Shown here: positions 37,682 through 47,322 of the stretch, in pieces | Layout of the letters: each line of letters opens with the position of its first letter | How positions within the stretch are numbered: the first letter of the stretch is position 1 | From: Acidimicrobiia bacterium | GTDB lineage: Bacteria > Actinomycetota > Acidimicrobiia > ATN3 > PSLF01 | NCBI GenBank assembly: GCA_040289475.1 | Contig: PSLF01000003.1 | Location: 91,418 to 155,417, forward strand | Direction of reading: 5' to 3' | Length of the DNA: 64,000 nucleotides | The notes under the pieces: model-generated | Told to the model about the DNA's origin: nothing | Database searches by the model: none | Seen by the model: only the letters and a program-made list of their open reading frames with translations | Program-made: the position numbers and the translations under genes

Positions 37682-38824
37682 TTATTGCTGCTGTCCTCCG
37701 GCGTGTGTCTGGGATCCTTGGCCGACTGGGTAGTCGCGCCCGACGACTATCAAGACATCCACCACATCTTGCATTTGGTGATTGAAAACGAGCCGCCCGG
37801 TGCCGAGCCGAGCCCGAATGTCTCTCGCAATGCGCTCGTCAGGTGTGCGGTAGAAAACAATTTGAGTCTCCTCATAATCGAAGCGGTCTGCGTTCTCGGT
37901 GTAAACCACTCTGTATCCTCGCGGAATCAAGCGCTTTGCTACATCCTCAGTTACGGCAACACCGCCGTTCCCATTGAGAATTCCTATACGGATCCTAGAC
38001 TCGACATCTGGAGCAACTGCAGCCCCGGGAAATCTTTGTGTAACAACTCGCCGAATCTCACCCTCCCTCGGCTCGAAGCTCTCGACACCCTCCAAAGTTT
38101 GTTTGGGATCGACAGGAAGAAGCGAGAAAGACACCTCACGAAGGGCGAGCGCTCGGGCAATCTCGTTTGCACTCGATATCGGAACGTTCGAAACGAGATG
38201 TGTTGGGTCTTCGCCAGAGAATCCAAACTCGCCATCAGGCATGGATCTTGCCTTTTGCAGTATCGCCTCGAACACCTTTTGCTTGCGGGCTAGGCGGGCG
38301 ACCTCCGTCTCTCCCTCAGCCCTAAGTTCCAAATAGGCGTTTACTGTTAGAGCATCCATCTTGTAGCGGCCCGGCTGAAACTTGGTGACAATGCTGTTGC
38401 CCTGCCGTGCCCCTAGTCGCTCTTCGACAAGGATGTCGAAAGGCTCAAGGCGAGATATTGCGGCTACGAAAGCGTGTCGATCTAGGATTACAGTGGCGTC
38501 TATCCTCACCCCGAGTAGGTTTTCAGTGGCCAGTTCGATCGAGGCAGGGTCACCGTAGGTAGAGGAATCGCCAAGCGACAAAGGCCCATGAACCGGGACA
38601 TCTGTGGTAGTACCTGCTGGGATCAACAATGCAGACCCCTTGTCCTCGCCCACGAGGCCAAAAAGAACAATGGTGTCCGCTGGGGCGGATACACCATCGG
38701 GCGAGTACACGAACAATAGCGTGTGGTTCGTGCGATCATCAGAAGCGATAGGCTTTCCGGATGGCTTTACACCACCCCGCAAGGCCCAAAGCGCAATGGC
38801 TGCAGCAGCCAGTATGACAATCAC
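37682..38824 (-). CDS. LytR-CpsA-Psr (LCP) family cell-envelope phosphotransferase with C-terminal LytR_C domain (N-terminus probably incomplete or frameshifted)
   Basis: 380 aa from GTG 38824, starting directly in a TM helix (MIVILAAAAIALWAL). The reading frame stays open upstream for 89 codons (to the stop at 39092-39094) without any start codon and encodes an Arg-rich tail. See the 37682-39108 finding. Confidence 0.7.
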   Translation of the reverse strand: MIVILAAAAIALWALRGGVKPSGKPIASDDRTNHTLLFVYSPDGVSAPADTIVLFGLVGEDKGSALLIPAGTTTDVPVHGPLSLGDSSTYGDPASIELATENLLGVRIDATVILDRHAFVAAISRLEPFDILVEERLGARQGNSIVTKFQPGRYKMDALTVNAYLELRAEGETEVARLARKQKVFEAILQKARSMPDGEFGFSGEDPTHLVSNVPISSANEIARALALREVSFSLLPVDPKQTLEGVESFEPREGEIRRVVTQRFPGAAVAPDVESRIRIGILNGNGGVAVTEDVAKRLIPRGYRVVYTENADRFDYEETQIVFYRTPDERIARDIRARLGTGRLVFNHQMQDVVDVLIVVGRDYPVGQGSQTHAGGQQQ

Positions 38825-38925
38825 CGCGCCTGCTACCCGAGCCTCTGTTTTTATTCGCCTTTCTGCTTCGAGCTGGCGCCGCCTCGTTCTGAGCCCGGTA
38901 GGTGTGTCTCCTTGACGTAGCGGGT

Positions 38926-39108
38926 CTAGACGGCCTCCCTCGGAGACGTGCTCCCGCTCTTCTTCCCCAAACTCCGAACCCGAACGAGCGCCGAGAGCAA
39001 GCCCTCCGGAATGTTTAGCTCCTCGGGGCCGCGAAAACTCTTCTTTCTCAGAGCCCTGGTGCGTTGCGTCTCTCCCTTCCGTGTTGCCCCCTCAATCCTA
39101 GCCTCCAC
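38926..39108 (-). pseudogene. Possible displaced 5' segment (Arg/Lys-rich cytoplasmic tail) of the LCP gene in a different frame
   Basis: 60-aa ORF MEARIEGATRKGETQRTRALRKKSFRGPEELN.... Its ATG overlaps the nadD stop in the typical coupled fashion. It is out of frame with the LCP body, which lacks its own upstream start. Confidence 0.3.
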
Positions 39109-39757
39109 GGTCCTCTGAAAAGCGGTACAGACCCCGCTCTTCTATATATGACGCCACTGCTGGGTCCACTCCCTCAGGGCGCTTGCCAGAAGCCACAGCG
39201 CGCCGAATGGAAGTCGACGAGTAAGGTAGAGGCTTTACCGAGTCCAATACACAAAACTCGCCCCTCCTCTCATTCAATGCAGACAACGCGTCTTCTAAGG
39301 GGAAACCTTCTCTAGGGACAACACAGAATTTGACTGAGTCGACAAGCTCCTCCCAGCGATGCCACGATTTAATCCCATTAAGAGCGTCGGCCCCCAAGAT
39401 AAGCCATATCTCTGCGAAAGGATCCTGGCGTCGGAGCGCTTCCACCGTGTCGATCGTGTAGCTAGGGCCGGGTCTATCTAATTCAAAGCGAGGTACTTCT
39501 ATGCCGTCCAAGCCCCTAGCCGCTCGAACAGTCATTTCGTATCGATCCTCGGCCGATGCTCGTGGCCGCTTTTGATACGGGTTCCCCGCCACGACGAGCA
39601 AGACTTTGTCCAAACCAATTGCTTCTTTTGCGCGGCGTGCAATCTCGATGTGTCCCACGTGAGGAGGATCGAAACTTCCCCCAAGTACACCGATTCTCCG
39701 CCTTATCTTCACTCCAGCGATGTCACGAACCGCTCTAATTGCTTCAGGTTCCGGCAC
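39098..39757 (-). CDS. nadD: Nicotinate-nucleotide adenylyltransferase
   Basis: Motif IGVLGGSFDPPHVGHIEIARRA is a (H/T)xGH-type nucleotidyltransferase. An alternative GTG start at 39712 would overlap the upstream VWA stop as GTGA. Confidence 0.85.
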   Translation of the reverse strand: MPEPEAIRAVRDIAGVKIRRRIGVLGGSFDPPHVGHIEIARRAKEAIGLDKVLLVVAGNPYQKRPRASAEDRYEMTVRAARGLDGIEVPRFELDRPGPSYTIDTVEALRRQDPFAEIWLILGADALNGIKSWHRWEELVDSVKFCVVPREGFPLEDALSALNERRGEFCVLDSVKPLPYSSTSIRRAVASGKRPEGVDPAVASYIEERGLYRFSEDRGG

Positions 39758-41211
39758 TCGAAAACCCCATCGCAGTAGGAGGCGTACTCGGCAATGACCG
39801 AGTCTCCCGTGTTCCAGTACGAAGTAGGCTCGGGGTTGAGCCAGAACACTCGCCTCGCCTTGGATCCCATCTCCGCGAGAATCTCTGCGCGACTTGCGTG
39901 ATAGTTGTTTCGAGCATCACCGAGCACGATGATCGTCGTCTTGGGAGTGACGTCTTTTTCATGGGCTTTCCAGAACACCTCGAGTACGTGCCCATAGTCA
40001 GAGTGGCCGTCTATCCACACAACGTTTGCCTCGGCGTTCACCTTGCGCAGTGCTTCGCTCAAATCACCAGCTCTCTCGAAGTGCTCGGTCACCTCGTCTA
40101 TCCCATCGACGAACACCCACGATCTAACTCTGGAAAACTGCGATGCCAACGCGTACACCAACTGCAACGTGAAGCGGGCGAAGTTGGCCACCGACCCCGA
40201 TATGTCACAGAGCAAGAACAGTTCGGGCTTTGTGGGATGTGGTTTTCGAAACTGAGGATAAAAGGGGACTCCGCCGGTGGACATAGATCTCCTGATAGTG
40301 TGTCGCATGTCGATACGCTCTCCCTGACGCTTCCTTCGTGATCTAGCCAGCTTGGCAGCGAGCTTTCTGGAGAGGGGATGAATAGCACGGCGCATCTCGC
40401 GGATCTCGTCACTCGTGGCGTGCATAAACTCAATCTCTTCTGGAAGGGGCTTGTGAATCGATTTCGCCAACGCCTCCGGCCCCCGGTCTTCGACGAGCCA
40501 GCGACGTATTTCGCCCTGAATGAGTTCCCTCAACTTCTCGATCCGGGCTTGAATTTCCTCTCGCAGTAACCGCTCCTCAAGAGAGCTCAACGGTCTTACT
40601 TCTGAATCGGGCCGGTACCGTGCATCGTGGCGTGCTTTAGAAAGAATTGCCTTCACAGCTCTCTCGAATAATGATTCGATGTCGATTTGCTGAAGTGTCC
40701 GATACAGGTAGTACGTTCCACCAACAGGCCTTCCCGGCTCCATGCCAGCGAACGCTTCCACTGCTCGGTAAGCTAGTGCCTGCATCTCCGCATAATCAGC
40801 GTCCAAAATGGCAGCCAGTAAAAGCGCCTGTAGTTCTTCTCGACTCAATCCATCGGATCCCCCACCAGCGGCCTGCCCGAGGCGAGTCTGTCCATCGCTC
40901 CGCCAATTGGAATGCTCTTCCCCCCTACCGTCTCTATTTTTATCTTCAGGAGCCGAAGAGAGCGCACGGCCAAACCTGGGGGCAAAGAAAATGTCGAAGA
41001 GCGTCTCGAAGGTCCTGTAGTGGCCACGACTCTTTACAAGAGTGGCCGCGAGAGCTGCCTTGAAAGCCTCTCTGTCTGTGATTTGTGTGTACCTCAGGCT
41101 TTCTACTGCGTCTATGGACTCCGCCACCGAAACCGGAACCCCTGCCGTCCGCATCGCTGCGACAAAGCGCGTAATCGTTCCAACAGCACCGCTTTTTTCT
41201 TCCAGCATCAA
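39709..41211 (-). CDS. VWA-domain protein of the CoxE-like family (vWA partner of MoxR ATPase)
   Basis: 500 aa with a C-terminal VWA/MIDAS motif (LFLLCDISGSVANFARF...), typical of CoxE-like proteins. The start overlaps the upstream gene stop by 4 nt. Confidence 0.75.
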   Translation of the reverse strand: MMLEEKSGAVGTITRFVAAMRTAGVPVSVAESIDAVESLRYTQITDREAFKAALAATLVKSRGHYRTFETLFDIFFAPRFGRALSSAPEDKNRDGRGEEHSNWRSDGQTRLGQAAGGGSDGLSREELQALLLAAILDADYAEMQALAYRAVEAFAGMEPGRPVGGTYYLYRTLQQIDIESLFERAVKAILSKARHDARYRPDSEVRPLSSLEERLLREEIQARIEKLRELIQGEIRRWLVEDRGPEALAKSIHKPLPEEIEFMHATSDEIREMRRAIHPLSRKLAAKLARSRRKRQGERIDMRHTIRRSMSTGGVPFYPQFRKPHPTKPELFLLCDISGSVANFARFTLQLVYALASQFSRVRSWVFVDGIDEVTEHFERAGDLSEALRKVNAEANVVWIDGHSDYGHVLEVFWKAHEKDVTPKTTIIVLGDARNNYHASRAEILAEMGSKARRVFWLNPEPTSYWNTGDSVIAEYASYCDGVFECRNLKQLERFVTSLE

Positions 41212-41855
41212 GATCGTCCTACCGCATCTTCAAGCGCTGATGAGATGTACTTCTTTTTCCCCGCAATCTCCACCTTGAACAACTCTTCGTGAAAACGAGC
41301 CTCCAGTTCACTCAAAAAGTCCAAGACCTCCTCATCGCTGGGCTTGCCTGAGAGCAACGTTTGGACCGAACCAAAGAGCCATGCGCACTCTAAGCGCACC
41401 TCTTCGACTGCGTTGCCAATGGCTTCTGCGACTTCTGGAATGACTCCTCCTGCCTTCAATGCGGCACCCGTCTCGCTACGCGGTAGCGATTCCCCTGTGG
41501 CAACCTCACTTTCCGCTCCCTCTACAGTCGGAGCTTCTTCGTTATCGGTCTTCTCGTCCTCTTCAGCCGTCCTGAACGCGAAGTACCTCTGGAGTCGCTG
41601 CTGAAGAGCTGCTGTCGCGTCAGCAAGCTGCCTCAAGACTTGGGCCACCAAGTGCGTCCGCACTATAAATCGGGCTTTGTTGGACGCTTTTTGGCGGTCT
41701 TCCACGAGATCTTCTACCGAGTCCGTAAATCGGACGGCTGTATCCTCCAACTCCATGACCGCTGCAGCCAGTGCCCAATCCACGGGCGCGGGCCGCTCGC
41801 CGAGTCGAAGTCGTTCGACTAGCTTTACGCCGCGCGATGGGCCTTGCCTGTTCAA
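41208..41855 (-). CDS. Hypothetical acidic alpha-helical protein, middle gene of MoxR-VWA operon
   Basis: 215 aa with no recognisable motif. It is translationally coupled on both sides by 4-nt overlaps. Confidence 0.5.
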   Translation of the reverse strand: MNRQGPSRGVKLVERLRLGERPAPVDWALAAAVMELEDTAVRFTDSVEDLVEDRQKASNKARFIVRTHLVAQVLRQLADATAALQQRLQRYFAFRTAEEDEKTDNEEAPTVEGAESEVATGESLPRSETGAALKAGGVIPEVAEAIGNAVEEVRLECAWLFGSVQTLLSGKPSDEEVLDFLSELEARFHEELFKVEIAGKKKYISSALEDAVGRS

Positions 41856-42787
41856 GGTGCAGCCCCCGCCGCCTTGAATGGATACTTCTTCTTCCCTTCG
41901 GGTTGGTCGAGTCCGAGTTCACGAACCACCCGATCGAGGTCGGACTTGTTTTTGAGCAACACATTGAGGGTTTCGGCAAGAGAGCTCTCTATGTCGGTTA
42001 CTCCTAGCTCGACTAGAGTCCGAGCCCAGTCTATGGACTCGCTTACCGAGGGAGGCTTTTTCAGGTCGAGCTCTCTGATGGAACGGACAATCCGGGCTAC
42101 CTGCTCGGCCAAGAGCTCGCCGATTGCAGGCACCCGGCGGAGTAAAATTTGCTTCTCTCTCTCCACCGATGGGTAGTCAAGATACAGGAAAAGACACCTG
42201 CGCTTGAGTGCCTCCGACAACTCCCTGGTTGCGTTTGAGGTAAGAACGACCACTGGGCGAGAAACTGCTTTCACCGTTCCAAGCTCGGGAATCGACACCT
42301 GGAAATCAGAGAAAACTTCTAGAAAAAGAGCTTCCGTCTCGATCTCTAAGCGGTCTACTTCGTCTACTAAAAACACCACTGGCTCTGGCGACCTAATGGC
42401 CTGCAAGAGGGGGCGCTCTAGTAGAAACTCCTCGGTGAATATGCTTTCCGAGATGCTTTCCCATCGGGAGTCTGAGCTTTGTTCAGCTTGAATCCTGAGG
42501 AGCTGCTTGCGGTAGTTCCATTCGTATAGAGCCTTGGACTCGTCCAGACCCTCATAGCATTGCAGTCTTATGAGGCGACGTCCGAGAGCTCCCGAAAGAG
42601 CTTTGGACAACTCGGTCTTCCCTGTCCCAGCAGGGCCTTCCACCAAAAGTGGCTTTTCCAAGCGAAGAGCCAAAAACACGGTCGATGCGATGTGCCGGTC
42701 TGGTAGATAACCCTGCGCCTCGAGGGCGCTCGCCGTCTCCTCTACAGTTTTTGGATATTGCTCCATTCCCGAGTTCGGCCTTTTCAA
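41852..42787 (-). CDS. MoxR-family AAA+ ATPase (CoxD-like, AAA_5)
   Basis: 311 aa. Walker A LLVEGPAGTGKTELSKAL, Walker B VVFLVDEVDR and the MoxR arrangement are present. Confidence 0.85.
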   Translation of the reverse strand: MKRPNSGMEQYPKTVEETASALEAQGYLPDRHIASTVFLALRLEKPLLVEGPAGTGKTELSKALSGALGRRLIRLQCYEGLDESKALYEWNYRKQLLRIQAEQSSDSRWESISESIFTEEFLLERPLLQAIRSPEPVVFLVDEVDRLEIETEALFLEVFSDFQVSIPELGTVKAVSRPVVVLTSNATRELSEALKRRCLFLYLDYPSVEREKQILLRRVPAIGELLAEQVARIVRSIRELDLKKPPSVSESIDWARTLVELGVTDIESSLAETLNVLLKNKSDLDRVVRELGLDQPEGKKKYPFKAAGAAP

Positions 42788-42834
42788 ATCGTGAGTCGTG
42801 CAATCTTCATAGGTAGGAGCATTGGGGGGTGGCT

Positions 42835-44100
42835 TTACTCTCGCGTTTGACCATCGCCTAAGAGCACGAACTTGGTAGACGTCAGCTCACGCAGTCCCAT
42901 GGGTCCCCTAGCATGAAGCTTCTGAGTGGAGATACCGATTTCGGCACCGAATCCGAACTCTCCACCGTCCGTGAACCTCGTCGAAGCGTTCACCATAGTC
43001 ACAGCCGCGTCTACTTCTGCACAGAATCGCCTCGCTGTAGGGAGGTGTTCGGTGATGATGGCCTCGGTGTGCTTTGTGTTCCATCGGTTTATGTGTTCGA
43101 TCGCCTCGTCTAGAGATGAAACAACCCTTACCGCAAGGACCTTGTCGAGGTACTCGGTGGCCCAGTCTTCGTCGGTAGCCGCCGCGCACTCGACACCCGC
43201 CTCGATGGCAACTGCTCTCACTCGCTCGTCTCCCCTAATTTCGACACCCCTCAAAACCAAGTCCTGAAGGACCAGTGGAAGAAACGAGTCTGCGACAGCT
43301 TCGTGCACTAGCAAAGTCTCGGCTGCGTTGCACACATATGGCCTTTGGACTTTGGAGTTGATAGCGATAGCAAGAGCTTTGTCCAAGTCTGCGTGTGCAT
43401 CGACATAGACGTGGCAGTTGCCAGCTCCGGTTTCTATTACCGGAACGGAAGAGTTCTCCACTACCTCGTCTATCAAAGCCTGCGATCCCCTGGGGATCAA
43501 AAGATCTACCAAGCCTCTAAGTGTCATGAGTTCCTTGGCCGCTGCGTGCGAAGGATGCTCTATTAGCTGTATAACCTCTGGATCTACATCAGAACGCTTC
43601 AGAGCCTCCTTGATACAAAAAACCAGAGCTTTGTTCGTTTCCAAAGCTGAGGAGGATCCACGAAGAACCACCGCGTTGGAAGTTTTAAAACACAAAGCGA
43701 AGGCATCCACCGTTACGTTAGGTCGAGACTCGTAGATGACACCCACCACTCCGAGCGGGACTCGAACCTTCTGTAGCTGGATGCCATTTGGAAGGGTCCA
43801 TCCTTCCACAATCTCTCCGATTGGGTCCTCTAACGAAGCGACTTGCCTAACAGCGTCTGCGATGGCCGACAGCCGGGCAGAATCCAGAGTGAGACGGTCG
43901 ATCACAGCATCTGCAGCGCCTGCTTGGTGAGCGGCTTCGACGTCGTGGCGGTTGGCCTCGAGCACCCGATCGCAGTTTCTCGCGTCTTCTATTGCGGATG
44001 CAACGTCGATCAGCGCCATGACCTTTTTTGTTCCGCTATAGCGAGCGAGACTGACTGCTGCCTTCTTGGCTGCCTCTGCCTTCTTCTGAGCTTCCCCCAT
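42835..44100 (-). CDS. proA: Gamma-glutamyl phosphate reductase (glutamate-5-semialdehyde dehydrogenase)
   Basis: 421 aa of the aldehyde dehydrogenase fold. ProA-type sequence: catalytic Cys region ...PYVCNAAETLLVH.... Confidence 0.88.
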   Translation of the reverse strand: MGEAQKKAEAAKKAAVSLARYSGTKKVMALIDVASAIEDARNCDRVLEANRHDVEAAHQAGAADAVIDRLTLDSARLSAIADAVRQVASLEDPIGEIVEGWTLPNGIQLQKVRVPLGVVGVIYESRPNVTVDAFALCFKTSNAVVLRGSSSALETNKALVFCIKEALKRSDVDPEVIQLIEHPSHAAAKELMTLRGLVDLLIPRGSQALIDEVVENSSVPVIETGAGNCHVYVDAHADLDKALAIAINSKVQRPYVCNAAETLLVHEAVADSFLPLVLQDLVLRGVEIRGDERVRAVAIEAGVECAAATDEDWATEYLDKVLAVRVVSSLDEAIEHINRWNTKHTEAIITEHLPTARRFCAEVDAAVTMVNASTRFTDGGEFGFGAEIGISTQKLHARGPMGLRELTSTKFVLLGDGQTRE

Positions 44101-44147
44101 CCGTTGTGTCCCTTTCCATATGCGCCTTGGAGATGTATTGTTCGAAA

Positions 44148-45242
44148 TCAGATGTTCGGGAGTATAACCATGTCGTCTCGGTGAACCACCTCAGCAACGC
44201 CCGAACCGCCTAGATCGGACGTGCGCTTCCCGGCGACTTCAATGAGCTGCGAAGCGGAGAGGCGGGTTATGCCCTTCCCGAAAACGGCTCCCGATTCGTC
44301 GGCGATCTCCACGGCGGATCCCACATCAAAGTCTCCTTCTACCTTACGCACTCCAACAGGGAGTAAACTCGCGCCTTTCTGCTCGAGGGCGCGCCTAGCC
44401 CCGGAATCGACCACAATCTTGCCCTCCGGAAACGCTCCAAACGCGATCCACGCCTTGCGCGCTGGTAACGGTGGGTAATGGGGCTTGACTTCAGTTCCTA
44501 CTCTCTGCCCAGCAAGCGCCACTCGCACAACATCGGGTGCGTGTGCGTAAGCTATTACGGCTCGTATGCCGGTCCATGCGACCATCCGGGTCGCCAACAA
44601 CTTCGAAAGCATGCCTCCCGAGCCCAGCATCGAACCAGTTCCTCCAGCAATCTTCTCCATTTCCTCGTCGAAGGCCTTCACTTCTTCCAAGAGAGTGGCC
44701 TCTCTATCCAGTTTCGGATCGGAGGTAAAGACACCTTCGGTGTCCGTGAGTATCAAGTACAACGAGGCTCCTACTAGCTGAGCGACCAGCGCTCCGAGGC
44801 GGTCGTTATCTCCGAAGCGGATCTCGTCGGTCGCGACAGTATCGTTTTCATTGACAACAGGGACTATTCCCAGCTCGAGCATGCGCTCTATAGCGTTGCG
44901 AGCATTCAAATAGTGAGAGCGTTGCGAGAAATCCGCCGACGTAAGCAGAACTTGCCCGGTGACAAAACCCTCCTTGCCGAAGGCATTGGCGTAGGACTGC
45001 ATCAATACCGTTTGGCCAACTGCTGCCAATACTTGAAGGTCCTCTATCCCTGATGGGCGCTGAGTCATGCCTAGAAGAGGCAGACCGGCAGCGATCGCTC
45101 CAGAGGAGACTAAAATCACCTCTGTTCCATCCCGCCTCGCTGCGGACACCGATTTGACAACGCCTTCCAGCAGCTCTGGATCGATGCCGCCTTCGGGTGG
45201 CGCAATACTTGCCGAGCCTACTTTCACTACTACCCTGCTCAC
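44148..45242 (-). CDS. proB: Glutamate 5-kinase with C-terminal PUA domain
   Basis: 364 aa. MSRVVVKVGSASIA... begins the amino-acid kinase domain, and a PUA domain follows at the C-terminus. Confidence 0.88.
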   Translation of the reverse strand: MSRVVVKVGSASIAPPEGGIDPELLEGVVKSVSAARRDGTEVILVSSGAIAAGLPLLGMTQRPSGIEDLQVLAAVGQTVLMQSYANAFGKEGFVTGQVLLTSADFSQRSHYLNARNAIERMLELGIVPVVNENDTVATDEIRFGDNDRLGALVAQLVGASLYLILTDTEGVFTSDPKLDREATLLEEVKAFDEEMEKIAGGTGSMLGSGGMLSKLLATRMVAWTGIRAVIAYAHAPDVVRVALAGQRVGTEVKPHYPPLPARKAWIAFGAFPEGKIVVDSGARRALEQKGASLLPVGVRKVEGDFDVGSAVEIADESGAVFGKGITRLSASQLIEVAGKRTSDLGGSGVAEVVHRDDMVILPNI

Positions 45243-46558
45243 CTCAGCCGCCTGGCCAAGTACGCGAGTGTCTCGGTATTGCGTCTGTTCTTTTTATCTT
45301 CTGCGCGTGAAAAGACTCGCGGATGCCATTCGAGAGACACCTCCCCTAAGCGCACAGTGTCCCCGGCCTGTGCACCTGCCTGCTCTAGCGCGCGCTCTAC
45401 ACCCGATCGTCGAAGCACTGCGTTGATGTAATCTATGGCCCCTCTAGAGTCCAGAGGCTCGATTCGGGATAGGCGGTCAGCAACGTCGCCCACCACGACG
45501 AATTCGTTGTTTTTCCGTTCCACTAGAAATCCCCTAGGCTTAGGCCTGTACAGCAAAAAGCTCTTGTTTCGCGGCTCTTCTCTTCTCGACTCCTCGACTC
45601 GTTTTGCAATCTCCGTGAGAAGGCGTGGGACACCCTCTCCGGTTTTGGCGGAAATGCCAATTATTCCTGGGAGAACCTTGCGCAACTCGCCGAACTCCTT
45701 AGAAGCAATATCGATCTTGTTAGCTGCCACAATGCGGGGCCTTTCGAGCAAAGCTGGTGAATAAGATCTCAGATCGGATAGCAAGACGCGTTCTTGATCT
45801 AGGGGAGATACGCCCATAGAACAAGCTAAGTCCACAACGATTACGAGAACGCGGCAGCGTTCCACATGGCGCAAAAAACGATCTCCCAGTCCGCGCCCCT
45901 CTGATGCGCCTTCTATTAGACCCGGCAAGTCGGCAACGACGAACTCGAGCCCCTCGTACTCCACAACGCCCAGATGGGGACCGAGGGTAGTGAATGGATA
46001 ATTATCAACCTTTGGTTTGGCATGCGAAATGCGACGGAGAATGCTTGACTTTCCAGCATTTGGGAGTCCGACCAAACCAGCGTCGGCGACTACTTTTAAC
46101 TCGAGGCGAAGCCAGCGCTCCTCTCCCGCCTCTCCCTTCTCCCGAAATCCGGGCGCTCTTCTTGATGCGGTAACAAAGGAGGCATTTCCTCGACCCCCCT
46201 TACCACCCCGTGCCCCCAACATCTTGTCCCCAGGGTTTGCAAGGTCTGCGAGAAGGGTTCCGTCAAGCTCGCGCACAACGGTTCCTGGTGGCACCGAAAC
46301 TTTGAGTCCGGCGCCTGAACGTCCCTTGCGCCGGTTTCCGGCTCCGTGGCCGCCGGCTGTGGCCTTCCAGTGGACCCGATGGTGAAAGCGAACCAGCGTG
46401 GAGACTTTGTGATCGGCGACCAAAATCACGTCGCCGCCATCGCCGCCATCACCGCCGTCTGGCTCTCCTCTCCGATGGTATTTGTCACGGTGAAAGGAGA
46501 TGCAGCCGTTGCCGCCATCTCCGCCTTTTACGCATATCTGAGCTTCATCGACGAGCAT
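45239..46558 (-). CDS. obg: GTPase Obg/CgtA
   Basis: 439 aa. Features: Obg fold with glycine-rich N-domain (GGDGGNGCISF...GGDGGDGGDV), G-domain (GLPNAGKSS, DLPGLIEGA) and Obg_CT/TGS-like C-domain. It overlaps proB by 4 nt. Confidence 0.9.
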   Translation of the reverse strand: MLVDEAQICVKGGDGGNGCISFHRDKYHRRGEPDGGDGGDGGDVILVADHKVSTLVRFHHRVHWKATAGGHGAGNRRKGRSGAGLKVSVPPGTVVRELDGTLLADLANPGDKMLGARGGKGGRGNASFVTASRRAPGFREKGEAGEERWLRLELKVVADAGLVGLPNAGKSSILRRISHAKPKVDNYPFTTLGPHLGVVEYEGLEFVVADLPGLIEGASEGRGLGDRFLRHVERCRVLVIVVDLACSMGVSPLDQERVLLSDLRSYSPALLERPRIVAANKIDIASKEFGELRKVLPGIIGISAKTGEGVPRLLTEIAKRVEESRREEPRNKSFLLYRPKPRGFLVERKNNEFVVVGDVADRLSRIEPLDSRGAIDYINAVLRRSGVERALEQAGAQAGDTVRLGEVSLEWHPRVFSRAEDKKNRRNTETLAYLARRLR

Positions 46559-46604
46559 TGCTGGGGGCCGGACATGACCCTCTCGAAAACCCTCTAAAGT
46601 ACAC

Positions 46605-46859
46605 TCAGTCGACCGGTACTACGTCGACGACTCTGCGTCCTTTCCGGGTGCCAAAACGGACCTCGCCCTTGGCTCGGGCGAATAGGGTATAGTCACCACC
46701 AACACCCACGTTCAATCCCGGATGAATTCGGGTGCCTCGCTGACGCACTATGATGGCACCAGCTTCTACCACCTGTCCGCCAAAGACCTTGACCCCCAAT
46801 CTCTTGGACTCGGAGTCTCTGCCATTTCTGGTGCTTCCGCCACCTTTCTTCTTAGCCAT
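46605..46859 (-). CDS. rpmA: 50S ribosomal protein L27
   Basis: 84 aa. [24 protein letters not shown]... is a typical L27. Confidence 0.92.
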   Translation of the reverse strand: MAKKKGGGSTRNGRDSESKRLGVKVFGGQVVEAGAIIVRQRGTRIHPGLNVGVGGDYTLFARAKGEVRFGTRKGRRVVDVVPVD

Positions 46860-47241
46860 CGGAAGTCTCCTCTACGTCAATTTCTCTAGCCGAGTCTGCC
46901 TCGCCCGATTCTTCTTTGTCGGGTTCGTACACGACGTCTCCGACCGAACGGATTTCCAAGAGTGTGTACTGCTGTCTATGGCCCCAGCGCCTTCTATATC
47001 CCACCTTAGGCTTGTACTTGAAACCATGAATCTTTCGGTCTTTGACGTTTGACAAAACGACTGCGCTCACTGGCCAGGCAGCGCACGCCGCGCCCGTTAA
47101 AACCTCACCATTGTCAGATACGACTAGCAGAGGCGTGTACTCGACAGCCTCGCCGCTTTTTTTGTCGAGAAGGTCCACCGCTATGCGGTCACCCGGCGCA
47201 ACCTTGTATTGCCTACCCCCTGCGCGAATCACTGCGTACAT
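46852..47241 (-). CDS. rplU: 50S ribosomal protein L21 (with acidic C-terminal extension)
   Basis: [20 protein letters not shown].... The track ORF begins 2 codons earlier (MDMYAV). An acidic tail of about 30 aa ([20 protein letters not shown]) follows the core. Confidence 0.88.
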   Translation of the reverse strand: MYAVIRAGGRQYKVAPGDRIAVDLLDKKSGEAVEYTPLLVVSDNGEVLTGAACAAWPVSAVVLSNVKDRKIHGFKYKPKVGYRRRWGHRQQYTLLEIRSVGDVVYEPDKEESGEADSAREIDVEETSDG

Positions 47242-47322
47242 GTCCACTTCCTCATGTCTGCGAGCCTAGAGTCGAAAACCTGTCTTTTCTTCCTCAGCAT
47301 AGGGCCAACCGATTATGCCAAA

